From Histomonas meleagridis 2922-C6/04-290x (lineage: Eukaryota > Protista > Parabasalia): a stretch of DNA of 64,000 nucleotides. Positions 1-11,061 of this stretch are shown piece after piece. Position 1 is the first letter of the stretch. The number at the start of each line of letters is the position of its first letter. The notes under the pieces were generated by a model. That model searched no databases. It was not told where the DNA came from and worked only from the letters and a program-made list of their open reading frames with translations. Position numbers and translations under genes: made by a program. Location of the stretch: positions 248,001 through 312,000 of the forward strand of contig JAANOX010000034.1 of NCBI GenBank assembly GCA_020184695.1. Direction: 5' to 3'.

Positions 1-388
1 AAATTCTGTGGATTTCGCTTTTTCTGGATTGTTGGTTGATTTTTGTGAAAATAATGAAATATTTCATGAAACCCATTTAAGGGAGAACAACTTAATGCAA
101 TTGATAGAAGAATAAATGTGAGAAAAATTAGAACACATAAACCAACTACAAACATTCAGTTTTTGCCATTTTCTTTTTGTCACAATTTTTTATGCCATAG
201 AAAAATAATGGTTATTTTAACAATTAACGTTTATCTTTACATTATATCTATAGGATATATAAACAGAGCATCATGGAATCATGCACTTTAACATAGCTCA
301 CATTTATTTAATTGGATAAATGATATAAAACATTTGTTCTTATGCTAAAACATTGTTGTGAATCTTTATTAAAAAAAAATTTCATTTT

Positions 389-3041
389 TTATTTAGTAAG
401 CATTTGAATAATATCAGCGTATCCATTATTGGATGCATACATAATTGCTGTTTTGAATAATTTAAAAAAATTCCAAACATTTTCATGAAATATTAAATTA
501 TCAAAATAGACAAAAATTAAAATAAACAAATATCTTTAGCATTAATATCAATTCCTTTTTGCTTAACAAGTAATTTAACGATTTCTGTGTTACCACAACG
601 AGCTGCATAAATAAGTTCTGTCCAAAATAATTAAAATAATTTCCAAATATTATATACAAATATTATATTTTCAAAATAAACATTTAATAAAATTAATAAA
701 TATCCTTGGCATTAATATCAATTCCTTTTTGCTTAACAAGTAATTTAACGATTTCTGTGTGATAAAAACGAGCTGCATTATTAAATGCTGTTCGCAATGA
801 TTATAAAGGATTTCATTAATTATTTTGAAATATCATATTATTAAAAGAAATTTTAAATGAAATAAATAAATATTTTTAATATTAACATCAATTTTCTCTT
901 GTTCAAGAAGTAATTTAACTGTTTCTATGTGACCATTTCGAGATGCCCAAATAAGAGCTGTATCAAATATTTTCAATAATTTCCAAAATTTATTTTGAAA
1001 CATTAAATTAATGTTGAAAAAATTATATATAATAAATATATATCTTTTGCATTGATATTGATTCCTTCTTTTTCTAAAAGTAATTTAACGATTTCTGCAT
1101 AACCTTGAGAAGATGCCCATATAAGTGCAGTGGAAAATATTTTATATAATTACCAAATATTATTTTGAAACATCAAATTAATAAATTGAATTTTAAATAA
1201 AACAAAAATATATCTTTAGCATTAATATCAATTCCTTCTTGTTCAAGAACTAATTTAACAATTTCTGTATAATCAAATTGAGATGCTCTCATAAGTGCTG
1301 TATCAAATAATTTAAATAATTTCCAAATATTATTTTGAAATATCAAATTATCAACACAAATCTTAAATAAAACAAATAAATATCTTTAGCATTAATATCA
1401 ATTCCTTCTTGTTCAAGAAGTAATTTAACTATTTCTGTATAACCATTTAAAGATGCTTTAATAAGTGCTGTTTTAAATAATTTAAATAATTTCCAAATAT
1501 TATTTTGAAAATTTAAATAATTAAAATAAATATTAAATAAAACAAATAAATATCTTTAGCATTAGTATCAATTCCTTCTTGTTCAAGAATTAATTTAACT
1601 ATTTCTGTATGACCATTTTCAGATGCATATATAAGTGCTGTATTAAATAATTCAAATAATTTCCAAATATTATTTTGAAATATCAAATTATCAACACAAA
1701 TCTTAAATAAAGCAAATAAATATCTTTAACATTTACATCAATTTCTTTTTGGTCAAGAATAAATTTAACAAGTTCAAAATTTTCTGATTCTATAGATTTA
1801 AGCAAAATATCCATAGGAATATTATTATTTTTGAGGAAATGTTTTACAAGATATAAGTTTCCTATTCTTACACACTCATTGATAGTAAAATCATCAATAT
1901 CCAGACCTTCTTTTTCTAAAAACGAAAGAATTTCATAACTTCCATTGATGATACACAAATAACCTAAGTCATTAATATTTTGGTACATTTCATCATTTTG
2001 CTGGTCGCGAAATAAATATGATAATGAACGTCTATATATTATTGAATTATTTTGAATATTTTCACTAAATTTTTCTAATTCTTTTTCATAAATATATTTA
2101 AAGACATCATTTCGATGATATTCAATTGCTGCTCCATATGAACCATAAAATGATGAATGATTTTGTTCACATAAATGAATAATTGCAATGTTTCCTCCTG
2201 CAACTGCATATTTACCTGTGTTATATACTTCAGCACCATTCATAAGCAAATATTTAAAACATTTTATCGATCCAAAAAATGCTGCATAATCAATTAATGA
2301 AACATTTTCTTGATTTATAAAATCACATCTTTCATAAAGTGATGGTTCAATTGTTTGATTAACATCAAAATCTTTTTGTGATATTATTTCTTGAAGTTTT
2401 TCTATTTCATCATTTCGAATTATTTTTGCAATTTCATTTGGATTATGCCCTTCTTTAACATATTTCTTATGAAGCTCAAAATTATTCTGTGAAAGTTTTT
2501 CATAATTTTTTATAAATGATCTTTCAATTGGATCATGTATCACAAAAGCAAATCTAGAATTTCTGCATTGTTTGATTTCTTTATTTTCTTTATATTGCGC
2601 AAAATATTTTGATTTAATATTTTTTGTTATATCTTTATCAATTAAATTTCTTTCAATCATGTTCTCTATAAGATAAAATGCTTCATGAGTACTAATTTTT
2701 GTTGTGTGATTGATAAAAAAGTCGATGATTTTATAATTATTTTTACAAGTTTTTTCTTCTTTCTTTTGAATCGTTTCAAAATAATGTAAGTAAAAATTGA
2801 AACTTGAACTTGTTATATTCTTTTGAGATGAAATTGAATAATAAGTCAAATAACTTATTATAAAATTAAAAGAATACGAAAATATTGGATCATATAAATT
2901 CATTGTTTTTTGAACTGATGATTCAAAATTTTCTTCTGATAAATTAAATATGATTTGTTCAAGCAAGATAAGTTTTTCCATTTCTGGGTCATTCCCTTCT
3001 CTCTTTTTGAAAAAAATACGATTCCTATTGTTAGAGTACAT
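389..3041 (-). CDS. DUF3447-type ankyrin protein; first segment 3041-1716, then 7 internal 102-nt ankyrin cassettes and a terminal half-repeat (457-389), split by eight 68-nt inserts
   Basis: ORF 1683-3041 has LIDYAAFFGSIKCFKYLLMNGA (DUF3447-like) and ends DVNVKDIYLLYLRFVLII*. Downstream, TALxxAxxxGxTEIVKLLLEQEGIDINAKDI cassettes recur every 170 nt. The last reads FKTAIMYASNNGYADIIQMLTK* with the stop at 391-389. Confidence 0.85.
458..1715 (-). repeat. 170-nt period array (102-nt ankyrin cassette + 68-nt insert); inserts at 458-525, 628-695, 798-865, 968-1035, 1138-1205, 1308-1375, 1478-1545, 1648-1715
   Basis: Hand alignment: the period is exactly 170 nt in all units despite sequence divergence. 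Confidence 0.92.
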
Positions 3042-3049
3042 ATTTAAAA

Positions 3050-3055
3050 AAGTGA
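3050..3055 (-). promoter_or_regulatory. Inr-like core promoter (TCACTT)
   Basis: Minus strand reads TCACTTTTTTAAATATG, 8 nt before the ATG at 3041; fits the trichomonad initiator TCA(Y)(T/A). Confidence 0.65.
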
Positions 3056-3277
3056 TCTAACAAATATATAAACGTGCTTCTAATATTAAAATTTAAAAAC
3101 ACAAATATTAAAATATAAAAAAATTATCATAATATAAATTAAGAATGTAACTTCATACTAATGTAAGGAAACATATTTGATAATTTTTTATATTAATCAA
3201 TGATTAAAAAAAAAAATCTAAAATACAATTTACAATTAAAATTTAATAAAAATTATATACTTTTATATAATATTTAA

Positions 3278-5647
3278 TTAAACGAAAATTCCCAACAATT
3301 TTTTAGCGTTTTCTTTACACTTTTCATCACCATTTTCCGCCGCCATTTGTAGTAATCTTTTAACTCCATTTATTTTGACCAAAAAGTCCTTCTGTTCTTG
3401 CTGACATACAGTCAACACAACTATTAACAAATCCACGAATTCATACAACAAATTTAATGACAATTCTGTTAATTTGACCACTTCATTAATTATTTTAAAA
3501 GCGATTACAATCATTTTACTTCTAATTTCTATGTTATCTATTTTTAATAAAGAAGTACAACATTCGACAACTGAAACAATGAAAGATAAATTTGGTTTAT
3601 CATCATCCGAAGTTTCCATCATTACTTCAGACGCAGAATCCACAACATCAGTCAATGTTAAAGTATAATTTAATATTAAATTTGGATAATAAAATAAAAT
3701 GGAACTAATTGTATCAAGTGTCGCAGGCATTATTTGTTGAGACAAATCAGGATTAGCCAATAAAATCAAACAATGTTCGATAAATGTCGGAACAAATTTA
3801 GAGATATCAAATCTTCGTATGATAAATGTTAAACAATTTAATGCGGATATAACTTCATTAAAGTTATTACCTTCGATAAGTTTATTATTAATAACTTCTA
3901 ATGTAGTTTGTAAAAATGGTAAAAAGTTTTGATTCAAAACTACACTTAAAACTCCTATTAAATGTAATCCTGCTGAAGATGAAAAGGTATTAATTGCCGC
4001 CAAAGAAATTTGAAAAATTTGTTTGAAGTCAATTAAATTCATATCCATTTTTTCACATGAATGAATTAATATCGATGAAAGTAAATCTAATGAAAAAGAT
4101 AAAACTTCATCATTTGGACATTTCTCTAAAAATATCGAAGTAAATTGTATAACATAAGGTAATATTGATAAACATAAATCTGGATCAGCCATTATACGTA
4201 TATAAGAGATTAAAAATTCGATTAAAGTTATTGATAAAAATGAATTTTCATATGATGCTATCATTGATATAATTGATGGTAATAAAGGTGAAATATTTAC
4301 AAGTGTTGTAAGTTCTAATAAAGCTTCAGATGCATTATGAACTAATATTTCATCATTACTTGATAATGCCTTTAAACATATCTCAATATATTCACTTGGA
4401 TTATTTAAATATTTCACTATTTCTATCAGAATTAATATTCCATAATTCATGATGCGTGGAATCGGACTTTGAAGTGATATTTTTGTGACTTGTAAAGATA
4501 ATTCAAGAATAAATTCAATGACGTTTTTGTTTTTAGTTAATAATAATGAATATATCGAATGAAGTGTTATTATGATGTTATCTTTGTTTTGTTGAATAAA
4601 ATTAAATAAAAACTTACAACAATCTTCAGGACATACACGACAATATGAGATAATTGCGGTATATGAAGCTGATGTTAAACTCCATTCTTCTTCAGGAAAA
4701 CAATTTTCTCGTTTATCTTCAATTAGAATTTGAAAAAATAATGGAATCATTTGCATATAACTATTTAATATAAACTGATGTGAATTGTTTTTATGACTTT
4801 GCTCTGTTTTCGATAATGTAATACAAAAGCGTAAAATGTTAAGCGTTAAATTAGAATTAATGCTTTTATAATTAAGTAATAAATTATATGAAATTTCAAT
4901 AATTTGTGTGAAATTTTGGAGATATGAATAACATTTAGGTACAATCTCTGACCATAAAAGAAAACATGAATCAGAGAGAAGTGGAACCGTGGTAAAATGA
5001 AGAAGATTTAGAAGATAAAATTGTGGATTTTCTGATAGAATTTGGAAAAACTCATTTTTGAAATCGGAAAAAATTGGAAGACAAACGCCACGACTAAAGT
5101 CAGATGTGGTTTCAAGACACATGTACTGAAATATTGAGCGGAATATAAATTGTTTTTGCTCAAAACTAAGATAAAGATCATTTGTAATGATTTCTAAGGC
5201 CATAACAGAACATACTATTAATGGCTCAGGCGAATTGTTTTGAATTGAAACAATAAGTTGATTAAGATCAGGACATGCTGGATTAGCATGGAGTCGAAAA
5301 ATTGCAAAACGTCCATATGATACAGCAGCATGAAAACGGACATTTTCATTTGGGTGGTTAAATAAGTTATAAAGTGTGGCAACTATAGCGTCCAATAAAG
5401 TTTCATTAAAAATTGCAATTGGATTTCCATGAAGCGGGATTTTAGATGGAAGAACTTTGCGTAATAAAATTATTGCGAGGTTTAATGCCGACTCATGAAG
5501 CTTATTTGAATTTATTGCGTTTAATAAATACTCTAAATAAATCGGTGGACTTTCTTGATAAAGTTTAATAAATATTTGATCTGCTTGCTGAGAGGTACCA
5601 TTTGGGTTATATGAATTTAGAGCAAGAATTATTTGATCAAATTCCAT
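3278..5647 (-). CDS. HEAT/ARM-repeat protein, importin-beta-like
   Basis: 789-aa Leu/Ile-rich helical ORF; the N-terminus (QADQIFIKL...LNLAIILLRKVL...NENVRFHAAVSYG) resembles karyopherin-beta HEAT repeats. Confidence 0.55.
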   Translation of the reverse strand: MEFDQIILALNSYNPNGTSQQADQIFIKLYQESPPIYLEYLLNAINSNKLHESALNLAIILLRKVLPSKIPLHGNPIAIFNETLLDAIVATLYNLFNHPNENVRFHAAVSYGRFAIFRLHANPACPDLNQLIVSIQNNSPEPLIVCSVMALEIITNDLYLSFEQKQFIFRSIFQYMCLETTSDFSRGVCLPIFSDFKNEFFQILSENPQFYLLNLLHFTTVPLLSDSCFLLWSEIVPKCYSYLQNFTQIIEISYNLLLNYKSINSNLTLNILRFCITLSKTEQSHKNNSHQFILNSYMQMIPLFFQILIEDKRENCFPEEEWSLTSASYTAIISYCRVCPEDCCKFLFNFIQQNKDNIIITLHSIYSLLLTKNKNVIEFILELSLQVTKISLQSPIPRIMNYGILILIEIVKYLNNPSEYIEICLKALSSNDEILVHNASEALLELTTLVNISPLLPSIISMIASYENSFLSITLIEFLISYIRIMADPDLCLSILPYVIQFTSIFLEKCPNDEVLSFSLDLLSSILIHSCEKMDMNLIDFKQIFQISLAAINTFSSSAGLHLIGVLSVVLNQNFLPFLQTTLEVINNKLIEGNNFNEVISALNCLTFIIRRFDISKFVPTFIEHCLILLANPDLSQQIMPATLDTISSILFYYPNLILNYTLTLTDVVDSASEVMMETSDDDKPNLSFIVSVVECCTSLLKIDNIEIRSKMIVIAFKIINEVVKLTELSLNLLYEFVDLLIVVLTVCQQEQKDFLVKINGVKRLLQMAAENGDEKCKENAKKLLGIFV

Positions 5648-5982
5648 AATTTTTGCGATTTTAGCTCTCGACCAGAAACGAAAACGTTTATTTTCTAATG
5701 GGGTGCCTTATATTACAACGTTGAGACTTAACGGCTGATAAATGAAAAATTATGGTTTTATCTTATTCACAATCAAAGATAAATCAATTTTAACTATGGT
5801 ATTAAAATTTAATTTTATAATAAGTATTATGTTTCAAATTTAAACATTTTCAAGTTTGTTTTCAATAAGAAATGACAAGAAAAACATTGGCTTTGCTTTA
5901 ATCATAAATGTAAACTATTGTAAAATTTCTTCCTCAATATTCGGTTTAATTCAATTGAAATCTATCGTATATAAATAATCGA

Positions 5983-6615
5983 ATGGATTGGTTCAGATCC
6001 AAACAATCAACCTTCAAACCAATGAAGAAATTCTTTTCCAACCCTAAGCGCCAAGCACTACAACAGCATGCAATGGATACTCTCGGATTCGGAAATATGA
6101 AAGAAGCTGTTCAACTTCCAGAAGGAGAAGATCTTAATGAATGGCTTGCTGTTAATGTTGTGGATTTCTACAAACAACTATCAATGCTCTATGCAACAGT
6201 CACTGAATTTTGTACTCCAGAAACATGTCCACAAATGACAGCTGGTCCTGGCTACAAATACCTTTGGTCAGATGGTCGTTCTAAACCAAGGGAAGTTCCT
6301 GCATGTGAATATATTAGACTCCTCTTTGAATGGGTTGAAAATCAACTTGATGATGAAACAATATTCCCATCTATGATAGGCGTTTCTTTCCCAAAGAACT
6401 TTGAATCAATCGTTAAAAACATAATGAAGAGGTTATTCCGAATTTATGCACATTGCTATTATCATCATTTGGAAAACTTCAAAGAATTGGGAACAATGGT
6501 GCACTTGAACACATCCTTTAAACAGTTTATATACTTCACAAAAGAATTTAACTTGATACCACAAGAACAACTTGATCCACTGAAAGACATAATTGATGGA
6601 ATTTTGAAAGGTTAA
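5983..6615 (+). CDS. MOB1: MOB kinase activator (Mob1/phocein family)
   Basis: LPEGEDLNEWLAVNVVDF, CTPETCPQMTAGPGYKYLW, KRLFRIYAHCYYHH are the conserved Mob1 motifs. Confidence 0.95.
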   Translation: MDWFRSKQSTFKPMKKFFSNPKRQALQQHAMDTLGFGNMKEAVQLPEGEDLNEWLAVNVVDFYKQLSMLYATVTEFCTPETCPQMTAGPGYKYLWSDGRSKPREVPACEYIRLLFEWVENQLDDETIFPSMIGVSFPKNFESIVKNIMKRLFRIYAHCYYHHLENFKELGTMVHLNTSFKQFIYFTKEFNLIPQEQLDPLKDIIDGILKG

Positions 6616-7701
6616 AAGTGGCCTTTGTTTTACTTTTTTCTTTAATATTTTTGTTTTTTACTATATATTCTTACAAATTAGTTAGTGTTGATCAAAGAAA
6701 AAGGTTGAGAAAATTGGTCAGCATTTTTGCTTTTGTTTAAAGTGAGTATCTTCTTAAGTATAAATACAAGCATGCAAGGTAGTGTATTAAACAGTGGGAT
6801 TTAATTGTTTTTCTCATATATTTGGAAACACTCAACATAGATATTAACACAAAATATTTATATAACATGAAATTGATTCATCACAGTGTTTTTATTAGAA
6901 AATAAAAATATATCTTTATTTGATATATTTAAAAGTTTGAGTTTTTTTCTAAAAGTATAATATAAAAACATCATACAAGAAGTTTAACAATATCAATGTT
7001 ACCGCTTTCTGATGCTATTGCAAGTGCATTATTAAATATGTAAAACAAACTCCAAAAATGATGAAATTTAAATTTAGTATTTTAATACTAAAAATTATAT
7101 TAAAAAAAAAATCAAATCAATCGCTTGCGTACATTTCAACAAAAAATCCAATTTTTACCTTTTTTTTACAAATATGTTACTCTTTAGTATATTTATTATT
7201 ATACATAAAAGAAGCGAGTTCATATGAAAGACAATTTCTCATATATCTTCAATATATAATTGTCTTTACCAAATAATGTCAAACAACCATCCTCTTCACG
7301 AAATATTTTGAATCATTACCACATATTATTTGAACCATTAAGATATCAAAATAAGCGTTCAATGAAAGAAAAGTAATGAGTAAGGATTAATTTAGCAGCT
7401 GGTGCACCAAACCGGACCTGAATGTATCACACTAGTCACTTTTCTCGAAAAAGTAAAAAGTTCATTTTACACTTTTTGTAAAATAAACAAATATTGTGAT
7501 TGCATCAAAAAAGTGAAAAGAATCGGACATTTGATATGAAAAATACTGTTCGCCAGTTTAATAATTTTTGTGTACTTTATTTCGGCCGTTAAGCAAAAGG
7601 CTTCATTTTTTGTTGTTCCCCGGTTTATCTCATTTATGTTTTAGCTAACACAGTTTCTACTTAAAAAGGCAAGAAAATTTTATGTATTAGATTCCATTTT
7701 T

Positions 7702-8430
7702 TTAAAAGTTATTCATAATTACGTAATGAAGAGCTTCTGATGCTGGAATTCTTTGAAAAGGATTTAGACAAAGCATTTGTGAAATCAGGTTGACTAACAG
7801 TGGGTCTGTATTCTTATTATTTTGTTGCAAAAGCAATTCTATCCTATATTTGGTCTCATTAAACGTTTCACCAACGATTCTTTTTATACGATTGAGGGTA
7901 CAGTATTCGTCTCTTTCTAAAAACAAAGGCTTTCTAAAGATCATCTCAGCGATGATGCATCCCATACACCAGATTTCTGATGAAAATGTATACAGTGCAT
8001 CTGGATTTTCAATGAGTTCTGGTGCTCGATAAAGCAACGGTACATAATTATGTGCACCACCGAATTTTACATAGTGGAATGAAGATATTTTAATATTGTT
8101 ATTTTCATCGATAAAAATTGTTGCTGGGCTTAAGTTACAATGAAGAAGTTGGTTGGAGTGAAAGGTATACAAACATGAAAGCATTTGACGTGCATAATGT
8201 TTGATTTGTTCAGGACGTAGTTCACTCATAAGGTAAAACTGACATATATTGACAGGAATTTGCTCATATTCTATAAAAAATTTCCCATTATTGTATTGAA
8301 CATTGAATCTAATAATGTTTGGATCATTGAATTTAGCCAAAATACAAAATGCAGAAATTGTTTGCATATCTTCATTGCTTATGTTGTTTTCATTTGTGAA
8401 TGTGTGATTTGAAAAAGACAAGTTAATCAT
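7702..8430 (-). CDS. CMGC/CDK-like protein kinase fold, probably a pseudokinase
   Basis: YRAPEL and IWCMGCIIAEM are retained; HRD is replaced by HCN, DFG by SFH; no Gly-rich loop. Confidence 0.8.
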   Translation of the reverse strand: MINLSFSNHTFTNENNISNEDMQTISAFCILAKFNDPNIIRFNVQYNNGKFFIEYEQIPVNICQFYLMSELRPEQIKHYARQMLSCLYTFHSNQLLHCNLSPATIFIDENNNIKISSFHYVKFGGAHNYVPLLYRAPELIENPDALYTFSSEIWCMGCIIAEMIFRKPLFLERDEYCTLNRIKRIVGETFNETKYRIELLLQQNNKNTDPLLVNLISQMLCLNPFQRIPASEALHYVIMNNF

Positions 8431-8560
8431 TTATATTAAAATTTGACGTTCATCTCTACAAAAAGTAAAAAATATAAAAGTGACTAAGCATTTCAATTAC
8501 GCTTGCATGGGACACCCCAAAAGATAAATTATTTTACCTCACATTTCCGAAATTGTTCTA

Positions 8561-9730
8561 ATGTCCAACAAGCTCCAAGAAGCATTCGTAGCATTCATTA
8601 ATACATTTGAAGGACATGGAATTAAATGCGAAGATTTTAATTCTTTGTTTGGTGGCGTTGCCATTGTCGGCTTATTTCAATATTTACAAGGAATTCCAAT
8701 TAACACTGAAGTAATCCAAACAGCAGTTGCCAAAAATGATTGGTTTCCAAGGCTCAAAGAAATCAGAGCTGTTTATACAAAATTAAATGAAATATTTAAA
8801 GGCACACAAACCATCGAAGTTACTGCCATTGTCAGAAGAAATGATGCGACCCAACTCGAATCTCTTCTTCGGCTTCTTGTTTTGTATGCATTTCAGTCAC
8901 CAAAGAAGGATGAAGTTGAACAAAATATCAAAACCTTACCATCTGATATTCAAGAAACGCTCAAATCGCTCCAATCTTCCACTCCATCGTCCCTTTCATC
9001 CAGCACTACCACCACACCCACGAAAACGCCCACCAAACCCAAATCCACAGATCTTTCGTCATCACAAATTGTTCATTCTGATGTCGCTGACACAGAAATT
9101 CGTGAACTTAAGTCACAAATCGAAACTTTACAGAAATCTAACAGCCAACTCAAACAAGAAAATGAAAAACTCAAATCACAGATCAAAGAATTAGAAGACT
9201 CATTCGAGATAATCGATGACAAAATCATTGCTAAGACTGCGCAGATGAATGCCGAACTTTTTACCCTTGAAGTAGCCAATAAATCCAAAGAAGAAAAGAA
9301 GCAACAACTCCTTAACACGCAAAAGCAACTTGAAACACTTCAGAAAGAAATTGACGAAGCGAAATCGAAAGCCAAATCACTTGAAACAGAAGTTTCATCA
9401 CAAGATAGCACTGGTACGAATTATTCTGTTCTCACTGAGCGTTTACAAGAACTACGAATTGATCCACAGCAACAACTTGTTACCGAATTACAAAACAAAA
9501 TTAAGGCTCTCGGAAAGAGAATTAGAGCCGACAAAGCACAGAAACAGTTACTGGAGGCGAAACTCGCCGGAAAACAAGGAATAATTGTGCTGGAGGAGAG
9601 AAGAGAAATGCTGAAGCAGATGAAGGAAATTAATGAGAAAAGAAGACAAAGAGCAAAAATGGCATTGAGAGGAGAATTGAGAACAATGAGAATCGAGGCT
9701 TTCCAGAAGGAAATGCAGACAATTGTCTAA
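8561..9730 (+). CDS. Coiled-coil protein with a HOOK/CH-like N-terminal domain
   Basis: 389 aa: globular N-terminus (LESLLRLLVLYAFQSPKKDE), S/T/P linker, long heptad coiled coil. Confidence 0.5.
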   Translation: MSNKLQEAFVAFINTFEGHGIKCEDFNSLFGGVAIVGLFQYLQGIPINTEVIQTAVAKNDWFPRLKEIRAVYTKLNEIFKGTQTIEVTAIVRRNDATQLESLLRLLVLYAFQSPKKDEVEQNIKTLPSDIQETLKSLQSSTPSSLSSSTTTTPTKTPTKPKSTDLSSSQIVHSDVADTEIRELKSQIETLQKSNSQLKQENEKLKSQIKELEDSFEIIDDKIIAKTAQMNAELFTLEVANKSKEEKKQQLLNTQKQLETLQKEIDEAKSKAKSLETEVSSQDSTGTNYSVLTERLQELRIDPQQQLVTELQNKIKALGKRIRADKAQKQLLEAKLAGKQGIIVLEERREMLKQMKEINEKRRQRAKMALRGELRTMRIEAFQKEMQTIV

Positions 9731-10024
9731 AGATATTTTTAAACATCGATTTCTTTAACAGTCGAATTGAATAAGAAACGATCAAATTTTTCACAAATAT
9801 GTTTGAATGAAAGACGATAAATTATGTGATGGGAAATATGTTTCGGCGTCTTACAGTGAATCCAAGCAAATTTAGACTTAACAAATGTGTTAATGGAATA
9901 CCCTATGCAAGGCCATTTGGAAAGTTGCATTTAAAAGAGTATAATTTGTTATATTATAAAAATGAATTTCAATTTCCATTTTTATTTTGTGCTTACATTA
10001 AAGATTATAACAAGAGCTGGTTAA

Positions 10025-10087
10025 ATAATAATACTATCATATAAAATAATAATACTATCATATAAAAATAATACTATCATATAAAAT
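10025..10087 (+). repeat. ~20-nt tandem repeat x3 (AATAATACTATCATATAAA)
   Basis: Three near-identical copies visible in the intergenic sequence. Confidence 0.85.
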
Positions 10088-10171
10088 AAATGCATACCTC
10101 ATGCGATTAAAAAATGATATTATGGAAGAATATATGTGAATATTTAAAGCTACTTTTAATGAAAAACTGTT

Positions 10172-10738
10172 TCAGTTTGTAGTTCTGGACGCTTCGAGTG
10201 ATGCATCTTTAAGAGCAGCAACAAGTGCTGTCATTTCTTCTTCATTGCATGTAAAATTGATTGAGTCACCACCCTCGAGATTAAGTTTAATGAAAAACAA
10301 AGGAGCTAAAATGGAACCGCTTTCAGAATTTGATACATTGTAATCAAGTCTCCATTCACATCCAATAATACGTGGGTAAGTAAATCCTACATTAGCTAAT
10401 TTAGCCCTTAAGAGATCTACATTTGCCTTGTATAAATCTAAAATATAATTTACAGATGCATCTGGAATTCCATTATGTTGGAGAATCGGCTTAAGAGAAT
10501 CAGGAGAAGAAGCTTGACGTACAAAAATTGCAATCAACGTGGCAAAACCAATTTGTGCTTTGCTTTCTGCTTCATTCAAATCAGACTCGGTTTCTTGATT
10601 TACAAAAGATTTGAAAGTAAGATCTACAATTTTCTTGATAGTTTTTTCATCAAACTTTGATAATGATTTTAGTGCAGCTGCATTAGAAGGAGACAAAGTC
10701 GATCCCATTCTAATATGAACAGACCTTGTCAAAAACAT
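10172..10738 (-). CDS. COMM-domain protein (COMMD3-like; start may be the internal Met at MGSTLSP)
   Basis: C-terminal PRIIGCEWRLDYNVSNS...PLFFIKLNL...INFTCNEEEMTALVAALKDA matches the COMM domain. Confidence 0.85.
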   Translation of the reverse strand: MFLTRSVHIRMGSTLSPSNAAALKSLSKFDEKTIKKIVDLTFKSFVNQETESDLNEAESKAQIGFATLIAIFVRQASSPDSLKPILQHNGIPDASVNYILDLYKANVDLLRAKLANVGFTYPRIIGCEWRLDYNVSNSESGSILAPLFFIKLNLEGGDSINFTCNEEEMTALVAALKDASLEASRTTN

Positions 10739-11061
10739 TTATATCAAATTTTTAACTATGCACACAATTCCACTTGCGATTAATAAAAGCAACATTGTGT
10801 TTTATTAGCTGGCCATAGTATCAGTTCCAGCTCCATAATCCTGTTGCATACAATTGGACTTAATGCAGAAAAAAGTACTATAAATTTATAATTGTATCAC
10901 TAAGTAAAATAAAATTAACATAAAATAATTTTTTTATCATCGAAAAATATAGCAAGCTGGCATAACACAATAAATGAATCTAAGGATTTATACTTTGAAA
11001 TCCAAATAAAAATAATTTCACATAGCATGTCACTTTAAAAAAAAAAGAGCTATTATTGACT

